Origin: Candidatus Thalassarchaeaceae archaeon
GTDB lineage: Archaea > Thermoplasmatota > Poseidoniia > Poseidoniales > Thalassarchaeaceae
Length of the DNA: 38,519 bases
Direction of reading: 5' to 3'
Assembly: GCA_963582725.1 (NCBI GenBank)
Contig: CAUZSY010000002.1
Span: 1-38,519 of the forward strand
Part shown: positions 35,160 through 38,519 of the stretch, piece by piece
Position numbering within the stretch: the stretch's first letter is position 1
Layout of the letters: each line of letters begins with the position of its first letter
Made by a program: the position numbers and the translations under genes
The notes under the pieces: model-generated
Told to the model about the DNA's origin: nothing
The model's database searches: none
Seen by the model: only the letters and a program-made list of their open reading frames with translations

Positions 35160-38100
35160 ATGACGGTCGAAAACGATAGAACGGCTTCCAGACCTCGGCG
35201 ACTCGCGAGCAGCCTCGTCCTGTTGATGTTGATATCCTCGTTGTCGGCTGCTCTCACCGCTCCACTGCTGGCTGCCGAGACCAATCAGGTGGTCGAATGG
35301 CCACAGGAGGGATCGAATGACACCGGATGGGTGCTTCTCGAAGCGACCGGTGCAGACCCAGCGACGGGCACCATGTCGACCGCCGACCTGTTCCAGACTT
35401 TCGCGCCCGGCTCTGAGATATCGAACCTGACCTTCGAGATCAGGGTGAACGGCAGCCAAGGGGTGTGGGCCGACCAGCCGCAACTCACCCTGATGGATGT
35501 GCAGAGCCCCATTCTGGATTGGCGAGGCAACGGTGACCTCGGCCGTCAGAACGCATTCGCGGTCGGCGGCGATCCGCACAGCAGCCGTCTGACTCCGACC
35601 AGCGACACCGGCGCCTCATGGGTGCTGCCGGGCGGCGCGACGATCGAGGATCTGGTAATCGAAGCGCTGCGTCCGGTAGACCCGCTGGTCTCATTCGAGA
35701 ACATCGATTTCTCTATCCAGTCGAGTGCCGTCCATCCGACTGACGGCCGTCTCTGGCTCGCCATCAATGACGCACTGGTGATCATAGATGCGAATAACGA
35801 TCCCTGGGTGATAGACCTCGAGGAAGGGCTAGATGTCGTGGATATCGCAGTCGACGCCGCTGGAGATCGCCTCATCCTCGCTCTGGCCAATGGGACGATA
35901 GCCTCTCGTGACCTCGACTCAGGTGCCGACCTCGGAGATTTGCCCGTAATCGACCTCGGCCCGTCGATCAGGGCGGGCGAAGTCGTCCGCTCGCTCGATG
36001 CCGATTCCAATGGAACCATCTGGGCGGCGGTCGATTGCGCGCTCATCAACATCGCTCCTGGTGCGTCCTCCTGGGTCCATCAGGTTCAGTTCCCTGGTGC
36101 AGGTGGTGGCCAGGGCCCATGCCAATCCGCTGATATGACGATGGTCCAGCCCACCTCCCTACTCGTCGACGGAGACGATGTCTATGTCGGAACGAGGGGC
36201 CAGGGTGTGCTGTGGTGGGATGGCAGCGTCGCGACAAAGTGGGACACGCAGAACGTACTGACGAGCGACGATATCCTCGACTTCGCAATGGCGGGCGCAC
36301 ATCTGTTCATCGCGACCGAGGACAGCGGCATCGTCAGACGCGATACAGCGACGAATTCCTGGCTCGCCACCTGGGATTCCTCTAACTGGCTCGCCGACAA
36401 CGAGATTCACGCGATATCGTATCAGATGGGATGGGTCCACATTCTGGCAGGTGACACGGTCCATGCGTACAACACGACCTCGCTCTCCTTCTTCTCGAAC
36501 GACCCCATCGGCACGCTAGGCCTCACCCGTGAAGGCGGCGATCTGGTGTCATGGCCGAGTGGGGGATTGCGCGGCCCTGCCAATGCGACAGTCCTCATCA
36601 GTGACGGTTCCGGAACCTTGGCGAGGCTCAACGCGAATTCTGTTTTCGATTGGCAGCGATTTGAGGGCAATCCTATCCTGGCAAGCGGCCCAACCTCAGA
36701 GGAGATGTACTCCGTCACCCGGGTGGGTGATGTCGCCTGGATCGGTGGTGAAGACTGGCTCGATCGGTTCGACTTCTCTATGAATCTCTGGCTCGAACCC
36801 ATACCGACCGGGACCGCCGGCATATCGATCGCCAACGATGGCTCTAGCATCTATCTCGGTACCATCGACGAAGGCATCTTCGTGTTCTCCGGGGTTGGCA
36901 ACCAGACCGCACATTGGACCGAGGCGGACGGGCTTGAATCGAACAACATCCGATCGCTCGCCTACGATGCCAGCACAGGAAAGCTGGTCGCGGGTCATCC
37001 TCAGTCCGGCTTTGCCGTCATCGACCCGAACAACGGCACCATAGACTCCTACAGTAGCCAGAGCAACGACTTCATCTCCAATTTCGTAACCGATGTCGGC
37101 ACCCGCGCCGGCGTCGCATACATCGGGACCGAGAATCGGGGAGTCATGCGCTTCGATCTGACGACAGACACCATCCTGCAATCGTGGAACTCGCTCGGCG
37201 CCGACGACCTCGGGAGCGTGCCGATAGCGAGCGATGGCAGCACCGTCTGGCTCGGACTGGAGGGATTCGGCGTTCTCGTATACGATCGCATCACCGGTGA
37301 CATCATCGATCACTGGCTCGCTGCTCAAGGAGGCAGGCCACCCGGACAGAATTCGATCCAGAGCAACAACATCCGCTCGTTGCATCTTGACGCCAATGGC
37401 GGCGTCATCATCGGCACGGCGCAGGGCATGTCGCGCTGGGATGGGTCGCAGATCGTACGATTCAATGTTCAAGGCCAACCATGGAACTCGCCACAGGAGT
37501 TCAATGACATCACCTCGACCAGCACGGATATCTGGGCTGCGACCAATGTCGGTGTCTGCCGATTCGATTACTCATACCAATTCGACGAGTGCTTCGATGA
37601 CAGTGACGGCCTGCCGGCCGATTACACCTTGGAGGTCGATCTGATAGGTCAGAACACTCTCTACATAGGCACCTACGGCGGAGGTGCAGTGTTCGCCACC
37701 AACAACGACACGGTACTGGATGTCTGGACGGCCGGGGAGGTGACCGATCAGGCACAGGTGGTCGTGGTCGGAGATGTCGCCTATGTCGGCTTGAACAACT
37801 TCGGCATCGCCCGCTACAACCTGACCACCGACGAATGGCTGCAGGCGTGGGACGGCAGCCAGGGCATCCTGCGCAATGACGGCGTCACGGCGCTGATCGC
37901 AGGCACTTCTGGCGATGAGATATGGGCCGGCGGCGATTTCGGCCTGACGCTCATTGACGTGGTCAACCAGACGGTCATCGTGGATTGGGATCAGGGCAGC
38001 AATTCGGGCGGCCCGACGCTCTCCACGAACGACCCGGCTGAGATAGTGATCATCGACGACACGCTCTACTATTCGCAGGTCCAGAGCGGTTGGAACTCGA

Positions 38101-38519
38101 ATGATCTGGTCTATCGCATCGACCTGACAAACGAGACCAGTTCAACGATAGACGCAGGTCAGCGCATCGGCACCACCGGCATCGTCTATGGCCTCGGCGC
38201 GGTCGGTGACCAGATATGGATCGGAGTCGTGCCGCAGCAGTGGTGGAACGGCGATGGCACCATGGTCCGCTGGAATGACACGACCAGCGCTTGGGAGGAC
38301 GATCTGGCTAATTCCGGCTCGATAGACCGGGTCAACGCTCGCTACGTGGGTGACTGCTTCCCGCTCGACCCAGCTGACTGTGAACTCTGGGTCGCCTATG
38401 GGGACAACAATCTGCGCCGGATGCACGCCGTCAACCGAACCGTCATAGATTCGTGGACGGACATAGAGGGGCCGATCCGCGGCATCGTCGAATGGCAGGG
38501 CGAAGTGCTGCTCGCCAGC
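35160..38519 (+). CDS. Large secreted/cell-surface protein with beta-propeller (two-component-regulator-propeller-like) repeats; partial, continues past the window end
   Basis: Absent from the track (no stop in the window). It is open from ATG 35160 to 38519 (1120 codons by my translation). Signal-peptide-like N-terminus MTVENDRTASRPRRLASSLVLLMLISSLSAALTAPLLAAE. Recurrent units such as SNNIRSLAYDASTGKLVAG, SNNIRSLHLDANGGVIIGTAQGMSRWDG, GTENRGVMRFD and NNFGIARYN. Many N-x-S/T sequons. Confidence 0.8.
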   Translation, partial: MTVENDRTASRPRRLASSLVLLMLISSLSAALTAPLLAAETNQVVEWPQEGSNDTGWVLLEATGADPATGTMSTADLFQTFAPGSEISNLTFEIRVNGSQGVWADQPQLTLMDVQSPILDWRGNGDLGRQNAFAVGGDPHSSRLTPTSDTGASWVLPGGATIEDLVIEALRPVDPLVSFENIDFSIQSSAVHPTDGRLWLAINDALVIIDANNDPWVIDLEEGLDVVDIAVDAAGDRLILALANGTIASRDLDSGADLGDLPVIDLGPSIRAGEVVRSLDADSNGTIWAAVDCALINIAPGASSWVHQVQFPGAGGGQGPCQSADMTMVQPTSLLVDGDDVYVGTRGQGVLWWDGSVATKWDTQNVLTSDDILDFAMAGAHLFIATEDSGIVRRDTATNSWLATWDSSNWLADNEIHAISYQMGWVHILAGDTVHAYNTTSLSFFSNDPIGTLGLTREGGDLVSWPSGGLRGPANATVLISDGSGTLARLNANSVFDWQRFEGNPILASGPTSEEMYSVTRVGDVAWIGGEDWLDRFDFSMNLWLEPIPTGTAGISIANDGSSIYLGTIDEGIFVFSGVGNQTAHWTEADGLESNNIRSLAYDASTGKLVAGHPQSGFAVIDPNNGTIDSYSSQSNDFISNFVTDVGTRAGVAYIGTENRGVMRFDLTTDTILQSWNSLGADDLGSVPIASDGSTVWLGLEGFGVLVYDRITGDIIDHWLAAQGGRPPGQNSIQSNNIRSLHLDANGGVIIGTAQGMSRWDGSQIVRFNVQGQPWNSPQEFNDITSTSTDIWAATNVGVCRFDYSYQFDECFDDSDGLPADYTLEVDLIGQNTLYIGTYGGGAVFATNNDTVLDVWTAGEVTDQAQVVVVGDVAYVGLNNFGIARYNLTTDEWLQAWDGSQGILRNDGVTALIAGTSGDEIWAGGDFGLTLIDVVNQTVIVDWDQGSNSGGPTLSTNDPAEIVIIDDTLYYSQVQSGWNSNDLVYRIDLTNETSSTIDAGQRIGTTGIVYGLGAVGDQIWIGVVPQQWWNGDGTMVRWNDTTSAWEDDLANSGSIDRVNARYVGDCFPLDPADCELWVAYGDNNLRRMHAVNRTVIDSWTDIEGPIRGIVEWQGEVLLAS

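Noticed and set aside
1-38519. Scan for CRISPR arrays, tRNA/rRNA genes, IS elements, integrases and long tandem or inverted repeats
   Set aside because: By eye I found no spaced direct-repeat arrays, tRNA-like T-loop/acceptor contexts, rRNA segments or transposase/integrase ORFs. A tRNAscan/Infernal/IS search would be needed to exclude small elements.

Overview
GC-rich archaeal chromosomal window. It carries a canonical TFB gene and tightly packed genes with several ATGA/GTGA/TGATG start-stop overlaps. A heterotrophic marine euryarchaeon (Thermoplasmatota/MGII-like) fits the gene content, but that taxonomy is inference only. I support about 30 CDS.

Two long ORFs run off the window edges, so they are missing from the supplied ORF track:
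- a minus-strand aconitase-family gene at 1..1575
- a plus-strand gene for a secreted beta-propeller-repeat surface protein of at least 1120 aa at 35160..38519

The core content is central metabolism:
- aconitase-like protein, icd, maeB and pyk
- B12-dependent class II RNR (nrdJ) and a PduO-type adenosyltransferase
- a bacterial-type beta-oxidation operon: thiolase, FadN-like HADH/ECH, acyl-CoA dehydrogenase, alpha/beta hydrolase and an ACBP-SDR fusion
- housekeeping genes: tfb, a DEAD-box helicase, rlmH and an OsmC-family gene

I recognised no rRNA, tRNA, CRISPR array, transposase or integrase.

The most interesting observations:
1. A protein of about 1165 aa with helical repeats and a C-terminal PIN nuclease domain lies next to a DHH/DHHA1 phosphoesterase and an Ap4A-hydrolase/RppH-like Nudix. 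This may be an RNA-decay or nucleotide-signal module.
2. A five-gene minus-strand cluster links a GDCCVxC cysteine-rich protein, a translationally coupled CxxC partner, two unknown membrane proteins and the cobalamin adenosyltransferase.
3. A 33-bp imperfect direct repeat of the icd 3' end brackets the DEAD-box helicase gene, like an e14-type insertion footprint.
4. A TerB-like motif protein appears to be split by a frameshift.

Many long ORFs in the track are antisense shadows typical of high-GC DNA.
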